Shown: piece by piece, positions 23,923-37,598 of the stretch
How positions within the stretch are numbered: the stretch's first letter is position 1
How the letters are laid out: every line of letters starts with the position of its first letter
Translations under genes and position numbers: made by a program
The notes under the pieces: model-generated
Databases searched by the model: none
What the model was told of the DNA's origin: nothing
Seen by the model: the letters and a program-made list of their open reading frames with translations, nothing else
Assembly: GCA_965644295.1 (NCBI GenBank)
Contig: CBFFRP010000145.1
Span: forward strand, 100,610-164,609
Source: Paraphysomonas bandaiensis
Lineage: Eukaryota; Protista; Chrysophyceae
Direction of reading: 5' to 3'
DNA: 64,000 nt

Positions 23923-26900
23923 ATGGTAGTAATAATTAAGCGAAAGCATGTGAAGCCACCGGCTAAGTATGACAAGGAGCCGATTGCATTCGATTTGGAT
24001 GAGTACAGTATCCGCGGGTATGATCCGCCCGATGAACAGGAGGGCAAAGGCGAGGATAGTGCTGAAGAGCTTCCCCCTATATATCCCACGGCATGGGGCT
24101 GGAATTCTAATGGAAGGTCGGGAAACATCACTGCAGATGAGGTACGAGAGCCGCGCTACACTCAGCACTCGGCAGGAAATCGTTTCATTGCCTGTGCCGC
24201 AGGAAAACATCATTCCCTGTTGGTATGCGATGATGGTAAGGTGTACTCATTTGGAGATGGGCGAAAAGGCCAGCTTGGATATGGTAACCCATTCTTTGAC
24301 AAACCTCCAAAGGGAGGACTGGTGCAGGTATTCCCTCGTGTAGTAAACCCAAGCGGCTGTTGCAAGTACAACAGAGATATTAAAGTGACTGAGGTTGCTT
24401 GTGGGTCCACTTTTTCGATTGCTCGTGAGGGCAGCGATGAAGATGGAGTAGACCTATGTCCCGGCCTGAAGGCCCTAGAGTTGTCTCTTGATCGTCTTCG
24501 AAAGATTTTTCCTGACTGTCACAACGTGCAGTATGCATGGGCCCAGGCTAGGCAAGAGAGAGCAATTTTGAGTCGTTCTTTTGGAGGAAAGTTGGTCGCA
24601 TGGGGAACAGGAGCCTATGGTGAACTTGGAATGGGACCTTACCACAAATTTTCTCCCTATCCCCAGATTATACCTAAACTAGACTTTGTATCAATCGTGA
24701 AAGTATCAGCAGGTGCGCATCATGTGTTGGCGGTGAGTAGTACCGGGGTGCTGTACTCTTGGGGTATGGGTAGGTCAGGCAGACTAGGCCACAAAAATAA
24801 TGCTGACCAGCCTTACCCAAAGGAGGTTCAATATTTCCAGTTGTATCACGTGGAAACTTGTGCAGCTGGGGACGCACATTCAGCAGTAATAATGACAAAG
24901 CGTCGGGTCAATGCTGATGGAACTCATACCAGAAGCTTGGCTTGCTTTGGAAGAGGTGCTCATGGACGGCTCGGGGTAGGGCATAATCGAAGCATTAGCA
25001 AACCAGCAATTGTCACACAATGGCCACCATCCTTTACATCTGACTATAAACTTATGCAAGTTGCTTGCGGAGGCGCACACACTTTGGCTTTGGCTTATCG
25101 AGAGGTTCCCAAAACACTAGCTAATCCCTACGGAATAGAGACATATGTTTCAGCTTGGGGGTTTGGTACCAATGGTCAACTTGGAGTAGGAAACTATTTG
25201 AAAGATAGTTTCGTACCAGTTAAAGTTCGTATGCCGAAATGGGAAATAGTGTGTGAAGTATCGGCAGGACGTTCTTGGTCGCTAGCTCGCACTGTGGCGG
25301 GGGAACTATACTCTTGGGGTAAAGGGCTGAGGGGACAGTTAGGCCATGGAAAGCGAAGTTTCTGTATTGCACCCCAGAAGGTTGAAACGTTTGCGTCCTT
25401 TCTTGCCATATCCAGTCAGTACGCTCACAATGTCTCGGTAACCACTACAAAGCGTGTGTTGAGTGCGAAGAATGCGGAGATGTTTATCGATGATATTAAA
25501 CGGAGCAAGACAGTTCCTGGCGAAGACACTCTCACCATCTTCAAGGCGGCGAAGAAGCGGGTCAATATGCGACTAGCAAATCATAGAAGTCTGTCCATGA
25601 GGGGGTTTACTTGTTGTCGTCGTGATATACATCAGAGTAGAGCTCTTATCAGGGTCAAGTGCGTTGATTGCAACCTATCTGCTGTATGTCTTGAATGTGC
25701 AAGGATGTGCCATAGAGGCCATACCCTCGTTGAAGTAATTTACAAATCGAAATCAGATATAATGTTTTGCAAGTGCGGGGTTTTTAATAGTAATTGTCGT
25801 GTTCTACCAACCATGCTGGAAGTCAATAAAGAGTCCGAAGAAGAGCAACAATCAGCCCGTGGAATGGTGTCCATTCCTGAGGAAGTAGTGGACGACGATA
25901 GCAACTATGTGCCACGCATTTACGGACCTGACGTTATTAAAGCTGTTAAGTGCATACAACTGCTTGCGCGCTCTTTTATCGGCAAGCAGCAACTGAGACG
26001 CATGATGAAGTATGTTAAGTATGTTAGACGGACTGCCTGCGAGAACTACTACAATGGAGTGATTATTAAGTCAATATGGAAAGTTATTGATAGAAACTAT
26101 GAGAGCTATAGAATAGAGCGAGAAAATATGGATATGCAGGTGGAAGATGAGAGTAGAAAGATGTATGATTTTTATCACAACCTTCAAGTTGGGCTGCTGG
26201 GGATGGATTTCTTGGTGAAAGGAATCAAGAAGCTCTTTGAGAAAACATGCATTCGTCTCCCCTCACAGAAAGATATTCTTGAGCTGACACCAACAACTAG
26301 TCAGGAGAAGATAAATGCTGTGGCTACAATTCCATCATTTATGTACAGTGTGCATACAGTGAAGATGATAGAACGTTTTAAGCACCCAACGGAGCGAATC
26401 CCAACTGCCGCCATTGTAAAGATGACAAGAGACTTCCCGCGTTTTGATCGTCACCCTGGTCGATATTTTGACCCCGATGTATGTCTACTGACAGATAAAT
26501 TTGTTCGTTTTCCTGGCCGAGAGAAGCAAATAAATGACATAATTCGCCAAATGGATGCTTACATTGAAGAGATCAAGGAGGAGGAAGCAAGCGGAAAGAA
26601 AAAGAAAAAAGAACAGCCTGTGGTTATTCCTCCCCAGAACCTTGCTCCTCCTGTGAACAGGGCGTCGGCCACTCCACCCCAGGGAACTCCTGTCAAACCG
26701 CCTGCACCTCCTGGGCCATCTGCACCAAATATTCATCCTCCGCCCCAGCCCCCTGGTGTCCCTTCTGCTCCGGTCACGGGAGCACCGAGCCTACCGAGTA
26801 CAGGAACTATTTCGAAATCGTATGTGGGAAGGAAGAATAAAACGGACAAAAAAGAACCAGTGGAGCCTGTTAAGCCTACAACTGTTCAGGGCGTGAAAAA

Positions 26901-27972
26901 ACTTCAAGAAAGTTCTATTCTGAAGCTGTACCGTCGACACTCAATTGCTGGACCGGAGGAGCTATACTCTCGTTTACAGGATATGCGTGTTAGCATGCTT
27001 CGGCGATCGAAATTTCTGCGGCGGAACTCTGTCCCTCCGAATGTTAAATGCTTGCTTGGAGACACAGCACCAACATTTAGCTACACGGATTCCATTTACA
27101 AGTCTCTGGATGTGTTTTACGCCCGTCAGGTTACAATGGATGAATTTTTGCGCAAGGAATACGCCTATGTGTGGAAGAAGATCAAGCCCAAACAAAAGAA
27201 GCATAAGATGCATGTGGCACTGAAGTATGCTTGGTGCAATCCCCGCCTCCCTATTGAGATGCGTAGACTGGTTGTTGCTCAGGGTGAACCGCAAAGGCGT
27301 CATTCTATTGGCGAACCTGAGCGACTCAGCAAGCAGGTGGGTGTCGTTCGGTTTGTAGATGTCCGTTTTGAATTAGCTGTGCTTATTATATGTCCTTTAG
27401 CTTACGCATATTATTAATAGTTTTCATAATATGAAAAATGTTTACTGTGGCTATAGGTCCATGCAATGCTGGAAACTCGTAATAATCTCCTGAAGTTGCG
27501 CCGACGTGCCGCGAAGAGAGAAAAAATTCCTGTTCGCAGAAGGTCGTTTGATTTTGGTGAAATTCAGGATGGCGAGGAGCTCATTAATTCTATACTCGGT
27601 TATGTATTCGAAGAAGATTTTGACCCGCCCACAGTACATGAGATAAAGATGGACAATGTTAAAATGGAGCGATTGATGATGGAAACCAAATTCGCAGAGG
27701 TGGATATCAACACGATGATCAAGGTTGAGCCGACACAACAGAACGAAATGAGTGCTGCATATGGTAGTGGAGAGGAAAACATCGAGGTGTGGTACGAATA
27801 CTATGATGAGGGAGGCTACCCATATTACACTCATGCAACCACGGGAGAGTCTGTGTGGGAAGCCCCCACTGGATTTAACGTGCACTTGTATAGTCAGTAT
27901 CAAGATACCAGCACCGATGAATGGTACTGGTATAACAATACGACTGGAGAGTCGTTTGCTATGACTTCCTAG
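23923..27972 (+). CDS. RCC1-repeat protein with UBR-type zinc finger, IQ-like motif, Pro-rich region and C-terminal WW domains
   Basis: Multiple (Y/W)SWG.G..GQLG / ACG..HT RCC1 blades; CVDC...CLECARMCHRGH...FCKCG; IQLLARSFIGK; WYEYYDEGGYPYYTHATTGESVWEAP and WYWYNNTTGES. One intron at about 27337-27457. Confidence 0.88.
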
Positions 27973-28610
27973 ATTTCTTTGATTTTTTACCTTCTTTTAT
28001 AACGAATTTATTATGAAATTACTGAACCGTTTCTAATTTCTTAACGGAATATGATAACAAGTTGTTTGTTCAACGCAATGTAATCGGTATCCATTATCCA
28101 TATGATCAACAGTAGAATTCAACTGCTCAACGAGAATGAGTAATAAGATATTATTCATATCGTATACGATGATATGTTGAGTTTTGCTGTTGGAGCAATT
28201 AAAAGCTGTAACTAAGGTATTGGAGTTATGACCGTTAGTCGAAGAATATAGTAGTGGTTAGCTGTATTATGAGAAATGAGAACTACTAACGACATGATAG
28301 CTACATAGCTACTGTAGTAATGAAGCTGAATATAATATATCAACACGTAAATCATAACTCTTAGTAAATCATCCAATTGTGTCATAACTTGACATGATAA
28401 AATTCTTATTGGTATTACACACTTGAACATGGATATAATACGAAACCAACAACAAAAATAAGGAACTAAGGTTCACCATATATTGACATGTACAGACTGC
28501 TACAATATCATAAATGAAGAGCATTTAATATCATTGTAACAAACACATTTCTAACTACTCTTGAACAAAGTGTTCTAGCACTTATCTGTAGTACGCTCGT
28601 AATGCAGGTA

Positions 28611-30104
28611 TTAGATATCCCCGTGATTAAATGTTTGGATTTTGCTGGAGAATAGAGCACAGCAGCAAGTCAAATTTCGCTTGGGTACTACCTCCATCAT
28701 GATACACGATGAGTCATCTACATGGCTCATGCTCTTCAATTTGAAGCTGTATGATCTAATCACCTGTCGATGTGCAACATCACTATTTGTCTGCGAGTCT
28801 TGACTATGACGACTGCCAACAGATTGAACCTTGGATTCGTGGCTGAACTTGTTCGATATAGTGAATGGAAGAGGCACATTTTCGTCTACTTTAGGCGACG
28901 TGGGTTGGCTAATACTCATACTCCGGCTTTTATTCAACAAACTCTTCACAGGGGTTAAGAACTCGCTGCTGCCGCGTGAGCTACTCACAACGATCGGAAG
29001 ATCAAAACTTCCCGATTTGTCCACTATTCTCGGGCGCTGCGTTGGCGGGGTAACCTTCGCCGGTGATATATTCGCTTTGGGATTATTTACAGGCTTTTGT
29101 TTGATAAGGGCAGTCATTGATTTCGCGTTCTTAATAGCATCCTTAGTGATATTGTGCTGTAGTGCAAAGTGCGCAGCGGTATACTCTTTCGGAGTTACAT
29201 AAATATCGTATTTAAGGGCCTCAAGTAGCGCAATTTCCAGCTCGTTTACGCGAGTGACCCTCAGCCCAGGGAATATCTTACAGTATTCAGCATTCAGCAT
29301 AGCGAAATCATCCCACACTTTGCTTGCCATCATCATGCAAGAGAGAGCGGTTCCTTTCCAGTTACTAGGAGTAATGTAGAATCCTCCATCGGACACCGTT
29401 ACCATGCGCTGGATGTACACTAGGGCCACCACCATGCACTCGTATTCCATCTGAGCGTTGAAACATATTTTGTGAGCGAACTCAGTCATAGCATCTAGAC
29501 AAGGGAGCTCCCACTGTGATTACAAAGAAGTAATTAGCGGATAGATTAAAAGAGTATCATATGATCTACACCTTTGGTTTCGGTTTCGGAGAGGGTGATG
29601 TACTCTCATCAGAAGCAGGTGCAATTTTAGGTACAGCCAATTTCGATGTTTTTCCGTGCGTTGTTGGTGTCTCAAATATACTATAAAACTCTTTAACGGG
29701 TTGATTGCTATTCTTTGATGCCGTCATCATATCCTGTAAAATGATACACAGACACTTTGACACGGTATACGGTGATACCACCACAGATTCTTTTTTGATA
29801 TTTTGCTTGGCCTCTTCACATGTACTGAAGCCCTTTTCATCCCAGGCCATCCACTCCTGCCGCTGCAACGAGAATTCCTCAAGAGTGGGTTCAACACTGG
29901 GGGAAAAACTCCTCGCGCGGGAAATGATAGGGCTTTCACACTGATTGAGAGGGATGTGCGCCATAGACCGGCAGCGGAGCAGCTTGTCTGAGTTGGAGGG
30001 AGAGGCCTCATCTGCTGGATCTTCTACACACAAAACTGAATACGACAAGAATGTGTGGGTGATCTACCTGAGTCAGAAGTCTGGGCGGATTTCTCCATGT
30101 CCAT
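28611..30104 (-). CDS. Cyclin Y-like protein, 2 introns
   Basis: Cyclin N-terminal box ECMVVALVYIQRM...NWK...MMASKVWDD...N.EY...VNELEIALLEALKYDIYV; first exon MDMEKSAQTSDS; low-complexity tail ending LTCCCALF. Confidence 0.85.
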
Positions 30105-30669
30105 AGTTGAGCAGCTCATATATATGTGTGTGTCCGCACCGGCAGCCCTTAAATCAGTCAGCTCTATTACAGGGTGCTCTCACCTGACTCATAGAGGGGT
30201 ATGCTGCGTGTACTATACTGAACCATCCTGCAGCTGGGGCTGGAGCAGTCCATGAGCTCATATGAACAACTCGCTCGACACCTGAAACAGAAGCCCTTCA
30301 CACATACACACTCAGCTCAGTGCGGTATAATGCGGTATACTTCTCTATGCTGTATACCGGTATACGGCAGTTCAAACTGAAGAAAATTTCCAACCGAATA
30401 TATTTGTATCAGCTGTATTCCGTACTGTAGTCTTGTATTCACTCTGCTCATTGTTCTCGACACCGTTTCAAAACACAGCGGACTGTGTGTGTTTTTGTGT
30501 ACATATGAAATACAAACTACACAGCAACGAACACATAGCGCACACAGTCCTCCGTCCGCAGCACTGGCTTGTTCATATTTAATTCGGAGCTTGCCAAATA
30601 ATATATTGGCAATCGCATTTCTATTGAACACTAGCTCTCGACTTAGCACTTCATTCTGTAGTTTCGATT

Positions 30670-31204
30670 ATGGCGGACGAAAAAGTGAAAATATGCTTCG
30701 ACAAAGATTATAAAATTCGAATAATGGACCCTGCGAAGTTCAGTCGTAGCGAAGAGCTTGACAGTGAATGCTCAGCATTTCTGGAGAGTAAGTGATGCAA
30801 TTAGAAGTTTTCCTTTGTTTGATTTTATTTTATGTTAGAAATTACAAGCTTCAACGAGAAGGTGTCTGATTTGGTTGAAGTGTTAGAAGCGCATGCGGCT
30901 CGCATTGACGAGCAAAAGCTAAGAGTACGTGTCACTATATTGCAGTCATATTTTAAAACAATGTATTTTGTGTCACATCATCATATTGTATTCGTATCTC
31001 ACAACTGTACAGGCGATAGGCCTGCGTATGTCGTGTGAAAACGAAGCAGATCAGCGAAACCGACAGAAGCGTGCGTTACAAGCTTTGATAAATGAGAAGA
31101 GGGCTGAGCTGGATCGCTACACATCCCAGTGCCAGTCTTTGGAACGCATTGAGACAGAACAACAAAGTCAGCTCGAAAAGCTTAGTTGCGTCCAACGAAC
31201 GTAA
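30670..31204 (+). CDS. IFT20: Intraflagellar transport protein 20, 2 introns
   Basis: MADEKVKICFDKDYKIRIMDP...EC..F..KI..F...V......A..ID.QKLR|AIGLR...LINEKRAELDRY..Q..SL..IE.EQ matches the IFT20 pattern; GT-AG introns. Confidence 0.92.
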
Positions 31205-31855
31205 TCGAAATAGATATATGTCGCAGAATCATTGTCATATTGTTGCGGATGCTTAAGTAGAAAATATTACGTACTGATATATAGTCTTGAAAGTGAAAAT
31301 TGTGAATACGCTTGGGAGCTTTAACATTGGTGAGAGGTCCGAAAGTGGTGTTGCTGTAATAAATGGTGTACTAATGATGCATTCTAAAAGCGATGATTAA
31401 GTGTGTAATACTCAACGAACTATATTTCTTATATATTACCTCACTTTTCACTCGAATAGAGATTGCTGAAGTGTTATATTGTGTCGGTCGCGATATGTAT
31501 CCATAGTTCTAGTAACATTGTCATACTTTAACATTGAAGGAGGTATTTCTGACAATTTTACCTGTCAGAAGATTCTCACTTCGATTGAACGTCGATGATT
31601 AAAAAGGTATTATAAGTTTAAGCAGACACACTTCAACTTAGCTCATCGCAATATTCCTAATGCTATGTTCACTATAATACTGCTGCAGTTTCGCAGTTTC
31701 CGTCCAGGTTCATTAAAGAGACAATTTCTGTAGTACGCTTTATCAGTTTTAAGTTTTCTATTATCATTAAGAGCACTGATCGTATTGACAATTAAGTTAA
31801 TCGAAGACAATGCACAAGTTTAAATGGCTTGCACCAAAAACCCATCATCGTGGGG

Positions 31856-31906
31856 CAGGGCTGCGTAACAATTAATTGAATTGCAATTATTTGTTACGCA
31901 GCCCTG
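31856..31906. mobile_element. Minimal hAT MITE, 51 bp, related to the 49838-51045 element
   Basis: 16-bp TIRs CAGGGCTGCGTAACAA / TTGTTACGCAGCCCTG; 8-bp TSD TCGTGGGG / TCGTGAGG (1 mismatch). Confidence 0.85.
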
Positions 31907-32751
31907 TCGTGAGGGAGACATTCGCTCATATTTTTCTTAAGAACTATTTGATTAGCGAAGTCCTTATCTAAAATATAAAAAAATATAGCAGAAACAGATT
32001 GCCTCATTCCGACAGTGTGGTCATAGTGTAGGCTCGCTGGTGCACCATATATAACACCATGAATTTGCGCTGCTTCTACGTTGTCACAGACCCGCTCACT
32101 CGTTCACTATCCCATCTCCTCAGAAAGAGTGGGTGGAGCTTCCTGTGACGACGCATGACTCCATATAGGATTAGCATGAGGGGAGCCCCCTCCTCCCCTA
32201 GAATACCCGGAAATTCTCGTAATCATGTATGGACTATGCAAGTATAGTGTAGATCTATACAGGAGCTTGTTTGGCACCACACACAAAAATTACGCCGGAA
32301 TTTTAATAAAAATCTATATATCGTTTTGTTCAATCAACACTAGTATTTTACGAGGATATGCTCGCGGAATGGGGCACAGATATTACAGAATATTATGAAT
32401 TCACACACAGTTTTAATTTTTGCTCTGTGACTTAGCAATTCAAAGGCAAAAAGTATCCTCGCGCGTCGACTAGGAGCTAATAAAGATAACTTCTTCATCT
32501 TCTTTATGAAAAAAAATACTATGCTTAAGCAAGGAGGATCTCGTAACCATTCACAGGAAGAAATAATAACATACCGCAGTGCTCCATTCTCTGCATATAA
32601 ATTATAGTGCTGGTTCCGTATTAACTTGCCTCCCTATTGTGATTAAAGCACTGTAACATCACCAGCAATGTAGCTTTCGCAGATATGTATCATAGATTCC
32701 GAATGGAACTGATATCTGCCGGAATTATCACTGTTAGACAACAGTCCAACC

Positions 32752-33028
32752 TATGTATGTATGTATGTATGTATGTATGTATGTATGTATGTATGTATGT
32801 ATGTATGTATGTATGTATGTATGTATGTATGTATGTATGTATGTATGTATGTATGTATGTATGTATGTATGTATGTATGTATGTATGTATGTATGTATGT
32901 ATGTATGTATGTATGTATGTATGTATGTATGTATGTATGTATGTATGTATGTATGTATGTATGTATGTATGCATGTATGTATGTATGTATGTATGTATGT
33001 ATGTATGTATGTATGTACGTATGTATGT
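32752..33028. repeat. (TATG)n microsatellite, about 69 units
   Basis: Nearly perfect tetranucleotide array with two substitutions; it produces the spurious MYVC/HTYI ORFs. Confidence 0.98.
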
Positions 33029-33128
33029 TGCTTTGTGAGGATCTGGAAATTGGCTCAAATTTATTGTGTTTGTTGTCTAGTGTGTTGTGGATATTGGGGC
33101 CGATCCCAACCTTTTTAACTCCATTAGT

Positions 33129-35695
33129 ATGATCACTCTTAGATGTGTGACAGTGTTTTTCTTCCAGTTGCTGGTCCTCCTGTTCATCGGTTACTCCGCC
33201 TACAGGGTGCGCATGCATGCCATCAACATTTATGGGCTCGTCATTCATGAGTTCGATCCGTGGTTTAATTTTCGGGCTACGCAGTACTTAGCGGACAATG
33301 GCATTACGAGCTTTTTCCACTGGTACGATTACATGAGTTGGTCTCCGCTGGGTCGTCCTGTTGGCACGACTATATATCCGGGCATGCAGATGGCATCTGT
33401 GGCTATCTGGAATGTTCTCAACAAATTTGGAGTTAATATGTCGCTCAATGATGTTTGTTGCTACGTTCCTGTATGGTTTGGTGTGTTGGCTACTTATTTA
33501 CTGGGCCTGGGCACATATGTTGCATCGGGGTCACAGACCGCAGGCATTGCCGCCGCTGCAGTGATGTCCATAATTCCTGCCCATATAATGCGCTCTGTAG
33601 GTGGTGGATATGACAACGAGTCGGTAGCTATCTCCTGTCTGTGTTTGACATTCTTGCTGTGGATGTATTCCCTTTCTGGTACCAACGACAGCAAGATGAA
33701 CTACGTCGGCATCTTGACCGGTGTGGCGTATACATGCATGGTTGCTACTTGGGGTGGCTATATATTTGTTCTCAACTTGATTGGTCTGCATGCGTTTCTT
33801 CTTCTTATTATGGGTAGATTTTCCAATAAGCTCTACTGGGCTTACACTCTTTGGTATGTTGTCGGGACATTTGGTGCGACTCGAGTCCCTGTAGTCGGTT
33901 TGTCTCCCCTAAAGTCTCTGGAGCAGCTGGCCCCCATGGGTGTTTTCTTCCTAATGCAGCTCTTGCAGCTGTGTGAAAACCCACGTTTCTTGAAACTATA
34001 CAAGCTGGAGGCCGACACAATGACAACCGGGCAGCGATTCAAGGTCCGTTCTCACGTCTTTACTATCGCTGCGTTGATTGCATCTTTGGTGGTTGCCCTG
34101 CTGTGGCCCACGGGATACTTCGGACCTCTTTCATCGCGTGTTCGTGGCCTCTTCGTAACTCATACACGCACCGGAAATCCTCTTGTTGACTCAGTTGCAG
34201 AGCATCAGCCAGCCAGTCCCCAGGCTTTCTGGCAATTTCTTCACTACGCTTGCCACACTTCTCCCGTTGGGTTTGTTGTGGCCCTGTACACCTCCGTAAT
34301 CAAGCCGTTCTTCAAGCCAAGGAGAGACACAGACCCTAGCACGGACCCCATGGTGTTTATAGTCACTTATGCGATCGTTGCGTATCACTTCTCTACGAAG
34401 ATGAACCGCCTGATGCTCCTGATGGGTCCCATATCTTCTGCTCTCAGTGGCATTGCTATTGCCGCCATGATAAGTTTCGTTTGGAGCGAACTTGGGGAGT
34501 TGCTGGCACTTATTAAGATCACGGACTCGAAAGAAGAAGTCATGGTGGAAACTCTCTCTGCTGCTACCCCTAAGGGAAAAAAAGGGAAGTCCGAAACTGG
34601 AAGATCTAAGAAATCTACTACATCCGCGAAAACTCCTGTCAGCAGGTCATTGACTGTGACAGATATGATTGAGTCTAAGTTGGCTGAAGTGAACTCTCTT
34701 TCCATTATAAAGATTATCCGCAAGATAGTTGCTGCAGGGATCATGTATCTAGCTGTTGTGGATATTCCAGAGTTTTATATTTACTCCAATCAGATGGGGT
34801 ATCACCTATCCAATCCCTCTTTGATGTTCCAGGCGCGTCTCGGAGATGGCACCGTGATTATGGTGGACGACTACCGCGAGGCCTACTGGTGGCTGCGGGA
34901 TAATACTCCGGACGATGCCCGGGTAATGGCATGGTGGGATTATGGCTATCAAATCACTGGTATTGGCAACAGAACTACGATTGCAGATGGCAATACGTGG
35001 AACCATGAGGTATCTTTATGTCCCTAAGTCGTGTGATGATTGTCATCATGCTTTGTATCATTTGTGAATGTGTTTTGATGGTATATTTATGACTAATGAC
35101 TGTACAGCATATCGCGTTATTAGGCCGCTGCTTGACCTCTCCAGAGAAACGCGCTCACAATATCATCAAACACCTCGCTGACTACGTACTCATCTGGACC
35201 GGTGGAGGGGGAGACGATCTTGCCAAATCCCCTCACATGGCTCGCATTGGGAACTCTGTCTTTCCTGACATATGTCCCGGTGATCCCACCTGCCAGCAGT
35301 TCGGCTTTTACAACCGACAGATGGATCCTACTCCCATGATGGCCGAGTCATTACTCTACAAACTTCACCGGTATCGCGAGAAACCTGGCGTGACAGTTGA
35401 CCAGAACCTTTTCAAAGAACGGTTTACATCGAAGTACGGTAAAGTGCGTATATACGAAGTTGTTGGCGTGTCTGAAGCTTCTAAGAACTACACCTCCGAT
35501 CCTGCGAACCGCATCTGTGATGCCCCCGGAAGCTGGTACTGTAAAGGAGTGTATCCTCCGGCACTTAACAAGCTGTTAGCCAAGCGCAAAAACTTTCAGC
35601 AGCTGGAGGATTTTAATGTTAAGAAGGATGACGATGGGCACAAGTACCACGAGGAATATATGAAAAAAATGCGTAATACAGGTAATCGTGCCTAA
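33129..35695 (+). CDS. STT3: Oligosaccharyltransferase catalytic subunit STT3
   Basis: IHEFDPWFNFRAT, RSVGGGYDNE, SVAEHQP, WWDYGYQI, DGNTWNHE|HIA and DDLAKSPHMARI; intron at about 35010-35107. The start is uncertain and an upstream exon is possible. Confidence 0.96.
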
Positions 35696-36199
35696 TAGGA
35701 TAGGGTTTGGATAGTTCGTTACAGCTCGTATTCTTGTACTTGTTTTTGGTGGATGAGTGGCTTGAATTTTCCCCATAGCTATTGTTTGGTGAGTCTTGTA
35801 ATTGTAGTGTAGCGCTGTCATTCTTAGTTATCTAGCTCGATAATAATACACTGACTATTCTTCGTGTACACTAACGATATCGGATGGTGAAATAGAATTA
35901 AAGTAGCCTACCAGATTATGATTACATATTTCTTGGAATAATAAAAGGGAATAAGTAAGCTTCCCTTACCATGTTTTTTCTCTCTTGCATATAGATCTTA
36001 AAGCAGGCCTAGAGAAGGATACATTGCAAAAGTATTGTAAGCTACAGTAGCTTCCCAGAAAAAAGATTGCTATACTTATCTAACAGGTTCAACAATACTA
36101 ATGCAATATAATAGTAGTATCAATATTCAGCAAGAATGTTATTACCCATCATGAAGCCTTGCAAGAAAATCCTGATGATGTGTAGTTCTGGAGAGAATA

Positions 36200-37305
36200 A
36201 GTACCACCGGAGATATTTCTCTGGGAAACTAACGTGAGTCGTATATATATATAGTCAGCAGATAATGCTCTGTCCACTCATAGTCAAAGGTCGAGGTAAT
36301 ACCAAAACCTCTATAGCAAAGCGATTTCACCAGGTTTCATATCTAAGTATTGAGTTATTATTTTTACTGTAATTTGTAAGTGCTTGTGTATTTTAGACGT
36401 CATTGGTCCTGTTGACGAATAAACAGGGAGCTGGGAATTGGTCCACCTTATAAATGTACCCGGCGGGGTTTAGTGTCGAATATCCGGGATGAGTTCACAT
36501 TAATAAGGACTCAAAACTCCTGCAGTATCATGTCAGCAGGTGTGTCAACACTTTGTTTGCTTTGAGTGATTGATGACAAATTTTTGGCATTTGTGCCGCC
36601 AATAACCAAGATAATGACCAAAACTTTCCTCATGGATACATTATGATTACAATATGGCAACATACATATAAGAGTGTAAGTCGGTGGTGGAGATAGTGCT
36701 GGTTGTAGAGGTGGGGTTTCGGCCACAAGTAAGGAGGAGTTGTTTCCGGAGTGGTAACGCTTGCCTCTGTTGGGTTCGGACTCTTGTAGAGGATAGAATT
36801 CTAGGGGTGGATGACGCCTGGAGTAGCTGTAATATTTTTGGTGTTGAGTGATTATCCTGGGACTGGCGTGGCTGTGAGTGTGTCGGTGTCGGTGTCGGTG
36901 TCGTGTGTCGTGTTATTCGTGTTGTGTCTGCGTTCTGGTGTCTGAGTCCCCTATTTCCAAGCATGCGGAGCCCTCCATTATATAGGGGGAGCAGGATAGA
37001 GGTGATAAATTTGTCGAGGGCCTGGAACTGATGTTCGAACAGTGAGTTGGATATGATGTGGTGTCCGAATGTGTCGGCAAATTGTGTGGCAGTAGTGTGG
37101 CCAATATGACAATATTATAATGCAATGTCTTACCACATGTCGTCTACTTTCTAGTCTTGATTTCTCCTGGCCCAGGTGATTGATGTCAGGTACATTTGCG
37201 CTGCTTATATGATATTTCTTGCTTTTATAGTAGGTTTTCATCCGAGCGGAGAAGGTGTACGGTTTCCTACTGGGTATTATAGTCACTCGCGAGAAGAGTA
37301 CAAGG
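36200..37305 (-). mobile_element. Decayed retroelement-like remnant that was the target of the Copia insertion (continues at about 42765-42900)
   Basis: Stop-riddled coding-like minus strand (FQALDKFITSILLPLYNGGLRMLGNR, then a Thr/Pro-rich tail) with an architecture similar to 58594-59056. No diagnostic catalytic motif; boundaries approximate. Confidence 0.35.
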
Positions 37306-37598
37306 TATTAGAATATGGACTGTATCCTAGTATATTCAATGTGGTACTTGAAGACAATGTACGAGAATACAGTGAAGTATGGTGATGTGTAGATGCTGTT
37401 ATGATATTGAGAAAACTGAAATAGTTTGCTCTTTCAAGATATGTTTAGTAGCGAAAGGTCTACAGAAGTAGTGATTTATGCATGGCACAAAACGAGCTTG
37501 TGTTGTTTAACACAATTGGTGTAAACGATATTAATAAATCTATCTAGTCTAACAACTTAATCTCTCTTTGATCTAAGTAAAATGAGCTTTTCCCAACA
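37306..37598 (+). repeat. 5' LTR (TATTAG...CCAACA)
   Basis: Direct repeat of 42467-42759; no differences seen by eye. Confidence 0.97.

Noticed and set aside
32685-33248. ORFs with MYVC/HTYI repeats
   Set aside because: They are translations of the (TATG)n microsatellite.
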